This document shows positions 25,608-39,726 of a DNA stretch of 64,000 bases, one piece after another; the first letter of the stretch is position 1; every line of letters starts with the position of its first letter. The translations under genes and the position numbers were made by a program. Where the stretch lies: the NCBI RefSeq assembly GCF_018977255.1, contig NW_024704742.1:83702001-83766000 (forward strand), read 5' to 3'. This DNA comes from Callorhinchus milii. Lineage: Eukaryota. The notes under the pieces were generated by a model. The model was not told where the DNA came from, did no database searches, and saw nothing but the letters and a program-made list of their open reading frames with translations.

Positions 25608-26084
25608 AATGAAGACCGCCACTGTCCATGCCCGTTTTGCATTGAGATTGTTCCATTTCATATGCTGTGTCCAAGGACATGAAACCACAATGCACTTAAT
25701 TACATTTCCTTCTAATATAAAAAAGCTACACAGTGCAAAATGCTAAGAATTTTGAAAGATGAAATATACAAAGAGCCATCAGGACACTAACAAGGCGTAA
25801 GGCAATTTTTCTCTTTTAGCCTGCCAAACCCAATTGAAATTCGGAAAGCCCTTTGAGCAACAGTACTCATTGGCATGATTGATCTTTAACATTTCTCTGC
25901 CAAATCTGGCAGACAGTCTTTCCACTTGGCCGGCTCTGGTGGTACTTGGTCTAGAAATGCAGTATCAACAGATCACTGGTCACTGTTTCAAGTTATTGGG
26001 GAGAGGGGGAAGGGACAGCAACAGACATCAACCTTACAAGCATACGCTTAAGTAAGTGGACATAGCAAAGGTGTGGATCAAATT

Positions 26085-26254
26085 ACAGTAAAACTCGCAC
26101 AAGTCTGAGCTGTATAAATAGTATAATTGTCTAAATCATACATCTGCCCAAGAACCGATCAAGAGTTTATATTCTATGCAAGTTTGGCCTAAATCATACA
26201 TTGCATAAGTCATATTAAATGTATGGTCCCAACTGATACATAAGGTTTGCTGTA
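26085..26254. mobile_element. Possible Tc1/pogo (Tigger-like) MITE remnant
   Basis: TA-CAGTAAAACTC at left and AGGTTTGCTG-TA at right form imperfect terminal inverted repeats with TA flanks. Confidence 0.4.
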
Positions 26255-29200
26255 TTTGTAATAAATAATCCTTGCATTTGATAGAGAACCCTCTCAGGAG
26301 GACATATCAAAGTGCTTTACAAGATATACTGTTAAGTGTAGTTAGCGACTTGTGTATTTTTAAGGCAAACATGGCAGCATTATTTTAGGGGGAGGGAATT
26401 AAGCTTAAAGATGAATATTACAGGGCTAAGACATGTCACTTTTCTCTTCCCAGGCCATGAACTAAGTGTGTGTGTGTGTGTGTGGGGGGGGGGGAGAGAA
26501 CCAGTGATCCGATCCAAAACAGACGGGGCGTGGAGGGTGGGAAAAGAGAAGGAGAGGAAAAGGGAAAAAAAGAGCAAGAGGACAATCAAGAGGGTATAAG
26601 CAACAAGAGATGCACTGCTGTCAAAGCTATCACTTTACTGCTGAGCTGGAAGTTCATACACATGAAAAATAATGGAAACTGTGCAGTAGAATGTACTTAA
26701 GCATTAAATCCAAATCCTGTTCTGTGGTTTGGAGATTTCTTTGCTATGTGGTTTAATGAGGCACTCAAGAAATGAATATGAATAGGAACATGAAACAAAA
26801 AAATAAGAGTGCTGCCGACTCAAATTAATTCCTTGTTTTAAAAAAAGTCATGGCATCTCAAGGATGACATTCTCTCCTGCAGACAGATGTTAGTTTGCCA
26901 TTTTCAAATTTGTCCTCTTACTCTCGGAATCACACACTTCTTGCCAAAACCACAGCCCATTATTTTATGCACGTGTGTGTACGTGTGGGTACACACACAC
27001 ATACACACACATATATATATATATGAACGAAGGAGGTTATTTAAAAAAAAACTTGGGGGGTGGGGAAGGGAAGGAGAAATTGCATTAGGAACCCAATTAT
27101 AATCAAATTATGTGAGAAATTGGATAGCTACACTAGATGGACTGATTGTTGACTCCTGTCTGACATTGTTAATGTGCATCGTTTATCAGACTAAACTTTT
27201 TTTTTAAAAAAACGCATGATTTTTTTTCATTGAATATGATTTTTTTTCCAGGATATCATTAAATTACCCAATGTGAGCACAGTCTTCATTCTGAAAATGC
27301 ATTCTCGCCTCCACAAACAAAAGATTTCACGGACACTGCACCCAGACTTCGAAAGTAATTGCTGACAGTTTCCTACTGCAACACAGTTGGACATAGTGAC
27401 TGACTGACAAATGCAGCAATGGAATGAACCAGTGCGTTACAAGAGAGAGAAGCACTTGGATAATGTAAACGTTCACAGTTTTCAGAGGTTTTGTTATGCT
27501 GGAAGATCAACACAGCCATGAAAATTAAAATTATGAACTTTTCCCGGTGTCTTTAAAACAGAAAATGGTTTCCAACATTGAAGAAAAAAAACTAACGTCC
27601 ACCACAAGGCAGAATTAGAGGCAGAAAGGAAGACCCAGATGAATAAACAAGCTTGAAGGAACACAGTGGCTTCCCCTCAACTGTGAATGATGGATCATAT
27701 TCACTTGTATGCAAAAGTTAAATAACTAATTCTATTTCTGAGTGCTTTTTTTTTAATAGAAACTTTTGTGCGAGTTACTCTAGCCTCCATTTACTTTGCA
27801 CCAACCACTGGAGTTTATGATTTTATTAAAACAAACACTTTATTTTATGCAGTTGAAATCTGCCTCAACCTCGATCTTACAATTTTGGAATCCCGTTTAA
27901 TCTTCAGTCTCATATTGCTCCATTATCCTTTAGTTGGATAGACACCATATGATTGTCAGTTACCAGCAGGAAGGTACTTTACTACTTCACAAAATGAATG
28001 CCCATCGCACGGACAGCCACTGGAAAAAAGAGCATCAAAACTGAAGGCACAATGTGATGCAGTTTTAATGCAAATACTAAAATCCCCTTTCTGCACTTAC
28101 AGAACTTGGGCTTGCATTGAGGACAATGAAACAAATCATGTGTGTTGAAACATTTGGTTTGTTCAGAAGCTCATAAGATTTCTGAAAGAGCATTTGTTTG
28201 TCTACACCTTTACTTAATAATTATAATAATCCTTGCATTTGATATAGTTCCTTATCATGTCTTCAAGAGTCTCAAAGCGCTTCATAAATTATACTGTAAA
28301 GTGAATTGACTGTATATTTTGTGGGCAAATCGCGGCAGCCAATTGCGCACAGCTATCTTAATTATATTACAACAACAAATTACATTTGCATAGCAGCTTT
28401 CACATCGGGAGGTGCTGGACAGTCAAGGATTTGGACCCGACCTGGGGGCTAGGATCAGGTGGGGGATTGTCATTAAAATGGTGGGAGGCAAAGGAAAAGA
28501 AAGTACACACCTAAACTCAATAGTTAAAATTATACCTGAAGCCTTGGACAGATTGACACTTGCTGCAGAATATATGAAAGGTGTACACGAGACTTGTACT
28601 GATTAGCTTGTTTCAGAAATGACCCAAATTGTTTCAAATCATTGTTCTATTTCACTGCCAGTTACCATTACTGATGTACAACAACCTTTAGAAGGGACTC
28701 CTCAGGGATTGATCATTTTTCCTCTTTCCTGTCTAATCCAGGATACGACAGTTCATGTTATCAGTTCAGTTCGCCCAATTTCCCCTCCCAGTCTTCACCC
28801 ATCTTCCCCTCTTCGCACCTCATCATTCTGTGACTTGGCATTTGCCGCTCTTTCAACTCACTCCTGTATTCCTGTCCTCCCCTCCCTCAGTGCGTGGGAA
28901 ATGCACTGAAGGCTGCCATGCCAGACTACCTCGATCAGATGTCTGTCAAACATCAATGTTTCTTGAAAAAAATGCAACAGGATTTCCAACGACTGCTCTA
29001 AATTAACTAATCTGATGACACATGAAGTTGTTCCCTTTAACTGTTGAGATTCATTCGCTTCATCGATGGAAATGAAAAACAGACACTTGGGAGCAAGACA
29101 ACATCAACTTCAGTCACCTCAGTTCAACCGTGCTTCCAGCAAAAATCTTCAAATCACTCGACTTCCCTCTCGGTGATGCAGCGCTACATTTTATCAAGCT

Positions 29201-29324
29201 CTTTCAAAAATTCGGTTACCAGAAACTGTATCAGCCTGGCACAGTGTATACAGCATCACTGCATTTAGCTGGCCTCCCCGCAGATTATAAAACAAGCCCA
29301 GCTTCCAAATCAAGATTGAATTGG

Positions 29325-29718
29325 AGAATTTTCCACTCTCACCTCTGAGTCAGAAGGTTGTGGGTTCAAGACCCACGTAACGACTTGGAATTAAATCATC
29401 TAAGATGACACTCCAATGCAGTGCTGGGGGTGTGTTGCATGGGAGTAGGGTGACATCCTTCGGATGGGACGTTAAATCAAGGTCCTGTCTGCCTGGACAT
29501 CAAAAAAGAGTCGGGTTCCTGGTGTCCTGGCCAACAAACCCCCAAATAAAATCACTCACTCCATGGCTGTTTGTGGGACATTGCTGTGTGCAACTGGCTG
29601 CCATGTTTCGCCCACAAAATAGTCTTACACACTTAACAGGATATCCTGTAAAGCACTTTGAGATGCCTCAACATGATAAGGCGCTACATCAAGTGCAAGG
29701 ATGATTATTATTATTATG
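29325..29718 (+). mobile_element. Family B Deu SINE
   Basis: CTCTGAGTCAGAAGGTTGTGGGTTCAAGACCCAC...GGCTGTTTGTGGGACATTGCTG...tail. Confidence 0.82.
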
Positions 29719-31344
29719 TAAAGGCACATTTATTGTTATTGTTTTGTAGTTGCTGCATTGCCTAGGGAGACTTTTAAAAAAGAGGGAAGACACACGGCTA
29801 AAGGCACAAACCATCTTAGGCTGTGCGGCATCAGATTCAACCACTTGAATGTCGAGCTGTATCTGGGTTCTGCCACAGTTCTACGGCATTACTTAACGCA
29901 GTAATTTAATAACATTACCACTAAACAACCTATTAGTTTAACACAAAAAATTGACAGCAATATATAAAAAAATACATAAATATTAGCTCAGATGTTACGA
30001 TTTTAAACTGAATGGGAAAATTAGGATTTATATTTGAACCAGGACCTAACAGAAAGTAAGACGTGCAGTAACTTAATGCAGGGTCTGAAATGCAGCAGTG
30101 GATATGGAATTGGCTCATGTTTTGCATGCAAAGTTGTTCCTTCAATCTCTTCTACCTGGGAACGAATTATACGATGAATGAGATATCTGGGAACATGAAG
30201 ACAATAGATTACAGAGGAACTTAGATTACCACTTTGTCATTCTGCACCTGACTATGGCTTATTTTTAAAAATATAGGTGCATCATTTTGTTATGAAAGAA
30301 AACAACAATATCGCTAAAACATGAAACCCTTTTCCAAGCAAATTGAGTGAATGTCAAGTACTCTTGCCAGAGGTAAAACAAAATCCAGCAGCAAAATAAA
30401 GCTCTTTCTACTCCGAAAACGTGCCTTTACCTAATCTTCTATTACATCGGCATGATTTATTTGCTTACTGCACCAGCCATTCTCATCACCTTGCTCAATG
30501 ACAATTTACAGCTTAGACGCCTTTCACGTAAGACAATGCTTTGAAGAACTTAGAAATCGCAAATGATCTTTTTTTTGGTGCCAGTCGCATGTCTGACACG
30601 TGTGGAAATCCATCAACATAAACTGTAGGAGTATCCAAGCCAGACCTACAAATTTGCAATTTGCCTGCATTTGGAATGGAATGCTCACTATTCTTCGAGG
30701 GTGCACTCTGCTAACCTAATTCCTTTTTTACCTGATCTTAATTTCAATCATAGAATCATAGAATCGTACAGCACAAAAAGAGGCCACTCGGCCCATCGAG
30801 TTTGTTAAGATTTTTATTAATTCTGGAGCGTATTTGGCACAGGTTAGTAAGAATCAAAGTTTGGGGACCCCAAAGTGTGCGTTAGGGGTACTGCTGGAGT
30901 TTAACCAGCCAAACGATCTGTAACAAATTGTGAGTTATGAAGGCAAGCCCACCAGCAAATGTCCCACAAACAATGAAACCTGTAGCCAATTAATTTGAAA
31001 ATTTTGGAGCACGTTTGATTGAGGGAAGAATATTGGCCAAGATTCCCAGGGGAAAACATTCTTTGTCAAAGTAGTCACAAAGGACATTTTATCATCCACC
31101 TGAATCGCAAAGCAAGCAGGACATCAGTTTGACAAGGGAGAGAGATGGGAGACCTCTGGTCGAGAGTGACAATAAATAATTATGTGCATGGAGACAAGGT
31201 TATGGTCCAGATCAGGCTCATTGCTCCTGTAGCTTCCGATTTTCCTTGAGACTCCTTGGGTGGACATATGGAAATGGTTCCTTCAAGTTGAGTAGCTATT
31301 CTCTCTCACTCTGTGTCTGATCCTTTGGATTGAAAAAAGCCATC

Positions 31345-31375
<31 letters not shown>

Positions 31376-34300
31376 ACCAATTCTCATTTCACATCCAAGG
31401 TGCTTACAACAAGCAGTGAAGAGATGCTTTCACTGCACCAGTGGCTGTTATGGGACATTGTTGTGCGCAAATTGGCTGCTGTGTTTGCTTAAAAATACAG
31501 TCACTACACTTCACAGTAAATCCTAGGAATCACTTGGAGACGCTTAACTATGTGATTGACGCAAGGCAAGCATTGCTATTACTGTTTTAGAGCAATGAGT
31601 TACACAAATCATGCTAATTTTTATTAATTCAGTTATATTATTTTTTGTAGATGCCAATCGCCAGCTTGCTCTGTTCTAATTATGAACGAGTTCAGGTCAT
31701 ATGATTACAAAACAGCACATTAGCAATCAGAGGCAGTTGATTTTTGCGAGCACATGGCACAAATAAACAGAATCCATCAGCGCTGAGCAAAGGGTTCAGA
31801 TGGCATCAATAAGAATACAAGAGCGGGGAAGAGGAGTAAGATTTTTTTCTCAGCTGGTGGTCTTGACACATATGGAAACCCATCACCGTGCTTAAGAGTA
31901 TCCAAACAGATTCCATGCATCCCACCTACACATGGAAATTCCAGAGAGAGATTGTTGGAATAGAATGCACTCTCTCCCTGGAGGGATGCATCTGCTTACC
32001 TAATCCCAGAACGTACTAGGCCAGGTTGGCAAGAGCCAAGGCTTCTTACTGCGTGTCCAGCTAGGACCACCCTACCCATTAGGGCTTTGGCTTGGACAGT
32101 TAACAGGAGCTGTGTAGGAAACATCCCTGACCCCAGTGACTGGTCTGCTCTTCCAAATCCTGCCATGAGGTTGTGCTGTCATCAACAGTGTCCTGGATAC
32201 TACGGACCCACCTGGCTCAGGAACTGGATTACCAAGACGGCCACAGAGTGTTTACTCGATTCTACCGCCAGTTAAGCTCCAGAGATCTCGACAGTCTTTC
32301 CCCCCCCACCCCGGCCACCTTCTCGTCGGGGCCCCGCCCGGCCGCCTCGTCGTTGCCCCCCCCCCACTGACCACCCCATCAACTGTCTCCCCCCCACCAC
32401 CACCACTGACCATTTTGTCTCCCCCCCCCCCCCCCCCCGCCTCCACCGACTGTCTCCCCACCTTCCCCCACCGGTGGACAGGTGGGAACACGAGAGGGAC
32501 TAGGGGGAGAGAAAACAAGAGTGATGAGGGGATGTGGGAGGGAGGAGGCAATATAAGGGTGAAGGGAGGAGGAAATATGAGAGCAAGAGGAGGAAATATG
32601 AGAGCAAGACGCAGGGAATATGCGAGGGAGGGAGAACAAGAGAGAGAAAAAAAAAGGGAGTGAGGGAGAACAAGAGAGAAAAAAAAACAAGGTAAAAAAA
32701 GGAGAAAAACGAGAGAGAGAAAAGGTTGTTCTGAGGTGTCTCGCTAGATGCCGTTGTCTTACTTCGGTCAGGTTGTGTGCCAACACCAGCCGTCAATGCA
32801 GACAGCCCTGATGGTGAATGCCCTCCATGTCCTTGCCGTGCGAAGGCAATTCACACAAGAGGATTAGTGGTAGCAACGTCATTAGCTCTGGTTCAAAAAT
32901 AGTCGCTCTGTAGCCAATTACTGCATGTCAGATACATATTAAACAGGTTTAGAAATGACGAGATTCCACATACAAGTTTATTGACCACAGCTGAGCAACA
33001 CGTTCACACCACCGCCATTTACCCTGGTTCAGTAATTTCAACGTTCACATTTTGATTTTGCTCAGATTAAAATGAACGATGGTCGGAAATTACACCGTTT
33101 TTATTCATTCAAGTAAGGCTGTAATTATCAAAGCTGAATATTTATATAGGTCATTGGAAACAAAGTTATTTTTAAACTATAGGAAATTGCCAGAAACTTA
33201 TTTTATTATTAGAATGGTTTGGGTGGTCCTCGACTGTATGTAGGACACTGCTGTGTGCAATTGGCTGCCGCGTTTCGCCCACAAAATGCACAATCAATCC
33301 ACTTTACAATATATTCTGTGAAGCGCTTTCAGACGTCTCAACACACAATCAAATGCAAGGATTATTAAACCTAGTGCACAAATCCAGCACGTTTGTAGCT
33401 GTTGCAATGACATCAATTCCACATTTGTAATGGAATATAGCGTTTTGATAGTTTTATTTAAATGTCTTGCTCACAGCCAAAAAACACTAACTGAAGTCAC
33501 ACTCCACCTCTAACATTGGCAAAGATCAGGCCGCCCAGACTTTACTCGAGAAATTACCACAAAACCTTCAGATTAGCCAACAAGTAACAAAAGTGACACG
33601 ATAGTGTGCGGTGTATTAAATAGCACGTGGCAGATTGCAAGCGGAAAAACCTGGGCAATACTAAAAAGAATAAGATTCCAAATTACCGCACTATTAAAAT
33701 GGATGAATTCAAACAGCTTGAGAGGATTAATATTTTTTTTAAACTGGAATAAACGTGAAGAAAAATGAAGCTGCTCCAAAATGTCGCCTGGAAGGGAGCC
33801 GTTTCACCCTTGTAAAATGGTTGCACTCACTGCACACTGTAATTGCTTGGTTTGGTTTTGGAGATTGAACGGCAGCAGATCAGGGAATCCAGAGTGAAAT
33901 TCTGCTCAAAATGGGCTTTTTTTCAGGACCTCCCTCATCAAAATCTATCAGCTACCGATTTTGCTTTTGCATAATTGTACCAATTTCCCCTCTTCCCTTT
34001 TTTTTATAAAAAAAAATCAAAAACAATTTATTCAGCATCTTGGAAAAAAAAACGTGCGAGCACATACCATGCAAACAGAAACGACATCCTCGAACAATAA
34101 TCCATCGGTGTAAATCAAGACACATTTTGGCTTCTTTTTACAAAATAACTTCACAGAGGGAACGACAATTTAAAAACATCAGCATTTTTACATTCAAGTA
34201 GTTATGATATATTTGCCTGTTTTGGGTATACTGATGCTTGTTTATTTGTGCAGATTTGTGAGTGGCCATGAGCTGCTGATTGAGTAAGATTCTAGTCACA

Positions 34301-34949
34301 GAATTAATCCTTTGTTCCCTGTTTTGAGCGTTTTTCCATTTTTTTAAAAAAAATCAGCCTTCGTGTCAAATCAGATTGAAAACATCTTCCAATTGTTCGA
34401 GAAAGTCTCTTTACCAGACTGCTCAACAAACATCATTACACCCCTGCCCCCACCACACACAACCATTAAAAAAATTGTGTTTCTGAGCAAATGCCTCAAC
34501 TCGCAGAAAATGTATATAACAGACCATTTCTCTCATTTAATAAGTTTCACTAAGGACAACATAAAGCATATTCAGCTTCAGATGCCCAGGGTGAAACACT
34601 ACTCTATTAACTCTGGGACCTAGGCTGAAATGTAGCCCAGGCTTACAGAAAGAAAGCCTTCTCCAAGAGCAAGAATATGATGGAAAATGAGCTTGAGCAG
34701 TCTCAAAGATCTTTTATCGCAACAATGTTCCTGGAGAGTATTAGGTGCACAAAGCTGCCCACAATTAACCACAAGCTAGCACGCTCGCAGAGAATAACAG
34801 TGGCTGGGCAAGAAGACACACAGTCACCGGTGTAGTTAAGCCGATGAGGGAATGGTATGGGCTGCCTTCAACTCAACAAATAATAATCGTTGCATTTGAT
34901 ATTGCACCTTATCATGTCACTGAGATGTCTCAAAGCACTTCACAGAATA

Positions 34950-35674
34950 CTTCTTCCCCACATTCGCGCCACAACTGGCATCGCCTTCCATCACCTCCGG
35001 AACATCGCCAGACTACGGCACTACCTCACCCCTCACGCTGCTGAAACTCTGGTCCACGCCTTTGTCACCTCAAGGCTGGACTATGGGAACTCTCTCCTCG
35101 CCGGCCTTCCCGCCACCTCCCTCCACAAGCTGCAGGTCATTCAGAACTCTGCAGCTCGTGTACTGTCCCGCACCAGGCTTCGGGACCACATCACTCCCAC
35201 CCTCGCTCGCCTCCACTGGCTCCCCACCCCCAGAGGATCGAATTCAAGATCCTCATCCTCACCTACAAGGCCATTCACGGCCTCGCTCCCTCCTACCTCT
35301 CCAACCTACTATCCCCCTACCTACCTGCCCGTACCCTCCGTTCCTCTGGCTCCGATCTGCTCCACATCCCCCGCCCCAACCGCCCTACCATCGGTGGTCG
35401 GGCCTTCAGCCTCTCAGCCCCGAGGCTCTGGAACTCCATCCCCCAGTGCCTTCGCCGCCTCCTCCCTTTCCTCCTTCAAGGCCGGTCTCAAGACCTTTCT
35501 CTTTGACCGTGCCTTCAGCTCCCCTCTCGACTCTCTACCCCCTCCTCGCTCCCTCCCTTCCCTCACCCACCCTGAGCATTTCCCCCCTGCTCGGGCCCTG
35601 ACCCAACTGTGCAGCGCCTTGGGACGTCCTCCCGACGTGAAAGGCGCTCAATAAATGGAATCTTGTTGTTGTTG
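34950..35674 (+). mobile_element. L2 LINE 3' fragment inserted into a minus-strand SINE
   Basis: [40 protein letters not shown]...LQVIQNSAARVL; similar to 24920-25607; (TTG)n tail; SINE halves on both sides. Confidence 0.93.
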
Positions 35675-35802
35675 TACTGTAAAGTGAATTGATTGTATTT
35701 TGTAGGCAAATTGCCTACTTGGTGTTGGGGAGGGGGGAGGGGGTTTGTGCTAAAATGGGTGGAGTGGCTGATTATTTTGACCCCCTTTAATGTTCGTATA
35801 AA

Positions 35803-36215
35803 ATAATAATCCTTATATTTGTCTTATCACATCAGGAGAACGTCCCAAAGTGCATCACAGAATATACTGTGCAGTGTAGTAACTGTGTATTTTGTGGGTG
35901 AATGCAGCACCTAATTTGCGCACAGCAATGCCCCACAAAAAGCCACGGAGTGAGTGACCAATTTTATTTGGGGAATTGTTGGCTACAACATCAGGAGAAA
36001 CTTCCTTGTCTTTTTGAATAGTTCCATGGGATCTATTACATCCACTTGAACATACAGACATCGTTGCATCTTGTCTGAAGGGTGGTACCGCCAATAATGC
36101 AATAAACCCCAGCACTGCACTGGAGTGTCACCTTCGGCAAAGCCAGATCCAAGTCCAGATGTGGGGCTTGACATCACAACTTTCTGACTCAGAGGCAAGA
36201 CTGCTACCAACCGAG
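35803..36215 (-). mobile_element. Family B Deu SINE
   Basis: Reverse complement of the family B modules, head at about 36160-36215. Confidence 0.82.
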
Positions 36216-39200
36216 TTAAACCTATTTTATCTTGACCATAAGAGGGAAGGGAAACAAACTTTGAAAAAGAGAGATTAACGCATCCTTTCACCTGATGTGG
36301 GCTCAGGTCCAGCCAAATTTACCACTCTTAAAAGCCTCCTCTGTTTATCGTTGCTCTGTAAAGGGTCCGAACATGAAATGAATATGGGCAGTCACAACGC
36401 AGTTCCCAACAGACATGCATTCAATGCACAAAACGGTCTCCAGTTTGGTAGTCACGTTCACAAACCACAAGTTGGCAAGTGTGGAAAAGGGAGATGGTCA
36501 AACCCATACGACAGTCGATTCACATCTGGGGCTTGGGCAGAGAAGTGGGGATACTGATACCATGGCTGGTTATCCTATACGAGGCCTAGGAGTACTTGAT
36601 ACCCGTACTCGGTGCTTCAAGTGGAAAAATGGTCTGTTACCCAGCAACATTACTAGCGACAAAACATACCAACCCAGAGCTTGCCTTTTTTTTAAAAAAA
36701 GTGTGTGTATAGTATACGCGTATATAAATTAATATGTATATATTACATATACATATATTATATAGTTAATACATAAGTTTATAATAAACAAACATGCAAC
36801 TACATCAGCATGTAACAGCATATTATAAATTACTCATTAAATATAAAAAATAAGTTTTTAATCAATTAGTTATGAACCTAATCCAATAGTCCAGTTCAGA
36901 CTCATTTTAAATTAAACCCAAAAGGAAAACTAAGCTTTAAAACAAAGTATTAGTGTTTCTGGGTACAGTAAGTCAGGAAGGTTAGCACGGGGCTAACCTG
37001 GGCACGGTTTTTCAAGGCAGCAAATTGCTTAACGGGGTGTCTGGTCTGGTGCAGAGGATTGGAGGTAGCTGGTGTGCGATAGCAATCTGCTTCGTCACAA
37101 CCCGTTCCACTGCAATGCAGTTTTTAAGATTTAAATTGCTAGCGTGCTACGTGATCTCCAACAGCCACTAAAACACCCTTAAAGAATCTCGGGGAAAAGT
37201 TGTTACTCAGCTTATCGTCGGCTAATACACACAGCAGGAAATTCTAACTATACCTAGCCGTTGAAATATTTGTATTTCTTCAAAAATTAATAAAACGTCA
37301 AGAACTTTAAAACCAGCAAAATGTCTCACTGGAGACGGTTCCTTTTCAGTCATCATAAGATGAGTTTCTGCTTTATAAGTTCTTCTCTGTTTGTAAAGGT
37401 GTTGATGCCCTGCTAGAGTATGGATCTGGGGGAGTTGGCAGCCATTCAGTGACCATTTTTAGGTGCCTGAGTCAGATCGACCATGAGAATGTGTTCATCA
37501 GAGCAAGCAGAGCCCAACATCAACATGTACGCATTCTAATAGGAGTCACTCCAGATAAGGTCAGGTATAGTCCGTGCGTCCATCCCCCACAGTGAATGAC
37601 GTCCATTAACTAACAAGATAGACGAGAAACTGAACCTGGAATTTTCTCGCCCGGGGTGGCTGGGTGCCACACAACTGGGACAGTGGGGGGAGCGATTTGG
37701 CAAGGAAAGGAAAGGAACAAACGCAAGCTTCTTCCCATTACATTCCCCAGCCAAAATCTCAAACTTTTCATTTAACCATCACAATGGTTGACTCAAACAC
37801 ACCAAACAGATTATGGGAATTATTGATCTCTTAATCCATCCAGCTCAATTATTCAGTGATTCAGTGACATAGCTATCCAACTGGTTTGGTTAGCCCCGGG
37901 GGGTTGGGGGGGGGGGGGCGGGAGAGGGGAATTTAGAGTCCCTGATTGGAGCCTCTTGTGGCATTGGCGACTTCAGATGCAGACCGCTAGACCACGAATA
38001 ACATTAGCTAACACTGCTTCATTCAAAGAAAGGAACATTAGATGTGCGTGCAAGTAATAGCTTGCACTTCTAGCACACCCTTCACATAGGGACAGGGTTA
38101 AACACCAAGCGGGAGGGGAAGAGAGGAAAGTAGTCTTAGGCAGAACTTAAGACAGAAAGAGAGGGGCGAGATAGAGTGGTAAAGGGAGAGTGGTCCGAGG
38201 TTCTAGTCCTCTACATTCAGTTTTATCCTTGCTTACCAAAGATGTGCTGTGCAGACCATAACTCAAAATAACACCTATAGACTACTGAGTTACTGTACTT
38301 CACAGTAAATCCTACAAAGCTCTTTGAGATCCCCTCCCAACGTGAAAGCATTATATTTATTGTAAGGATTATTATTTATTCACTAATTCACAAATCCATC
38401 CCAAGTGCAAACAGAATGCATTCCTGAACCGGAGATAACACAGACCAGAAAAAAAACACTTGCATCTAGAATCATCAAAACACCAATGCACTTCTCAGTG
38501 ACTACAGTCGAGTGGAACAAACCATTTTGTAGAGAAAGGCAGCAGCCATTTTGCACACAGCAAAGTCTTACAAACAAGCAAATGACCAACACATCTGGAC
38601 ATTTTCTTGCCAGGACACACAGAGAAACTCCTTTTTCTTTTCATGGAATCCTTAAAGTCCACTTGAAGAACAGACAGGCAGGACGGGACCACAATTTAAC
38701 ATCTTGTCAGCCAACGCAGTGTCAGAATAGGCTATCAGCTCAGTCTCCATATGGGGTTTGCAACCCAGAATCTTCTGCCACAAGAGGCGAATGCTGCAAC
38801 TTTAAACTGGAAATTTGAGATTACAACAACAAAGCAAAAATGTTTCCGGATAGAAACAAAGCCCCAAAGGGTACGGAGGTACAAGGGCCCCAAGAGCCAT
38901 TGTAAAAAGAGCCATATAAAAAGAAAACGTACAGAGCAGAATCTGTCCGGGCTAAGTGTAGAAAGTGCATTGTAGCAAATAATAATAATCCTTGCACAAG
39001 ATAAATTTCACACCGCGAAGGCGTCTCAAAAGATTTGCTTAATGTGTAGTGACTTCATTTTTTGAAAGTGATTATCCACAAACTTCAGGATTTTAACTCA
39101 ATCATAAGTCTACAGCTTTTTTTTTAGAAAAACAAAATAAACTCCCAAAATAATTCTAATTTGTTTTTAATGCAGATTCCATTTTCGGTGTTTTTATTTT

Positions 39201-39619
39201 ACTTCAATCAGAGTATTCATTTTAAATAGTGTAACAAACGTTACGTTAGTCCTGTAGGGTAGTGGTTAGATCCTGGTCTTCACCTACAAAGCTCTCCATG
39301 GCCTCGTTCCACCCTACCTCTGCGACCTCCTAACCCCCTACCAACCCGCCCACTCCCTCCGCTCAGCCGGCTCTGGCCTGCTCCACGTCCCCCGACCCAC
39401 CCGGGTCTGAAATGCTGTACACTGTCCCAACGCCTTGGGACGTCCTCCCAACATGAAAAGCGCTATACAAATCTAATCTTCTTCTTGTTGTTGTTAACCA
39501 TCAAAATACAGTCAATCCACTTTATAGCACATCTTGTGAAGCACTTTGAGAAGTCTCAACAATGTGATAAGGTGTGGTGAAGCACTATATCAAATGTAAG
39601 GATTATTACATTTCTCACT

Positions 39620-39726
39620 GAAGGAGTTCTGTCGAAAAGCCATCGACCTGAAACCTTAACTCACTTTCCTCTCTCCATAGATGCTGCCTGACCTGCTAAG
39701 TGTTCCCAGCAAATTCTGTTTTTATA
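39620..39726 (+). mobile_element. Penelope-like element terminal repeat fragment with a degenerate hammerhead motif
   Basis: CTGTCGAAAAGCCATCGACCTGAAACCTTAACTC...CTCTCTCCATAGATGCTGCCTGACCTGCTAAGTGTTCCCAGC resembles the chondrichthyan Penelope end as I recall it. Confidence 0.7.
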
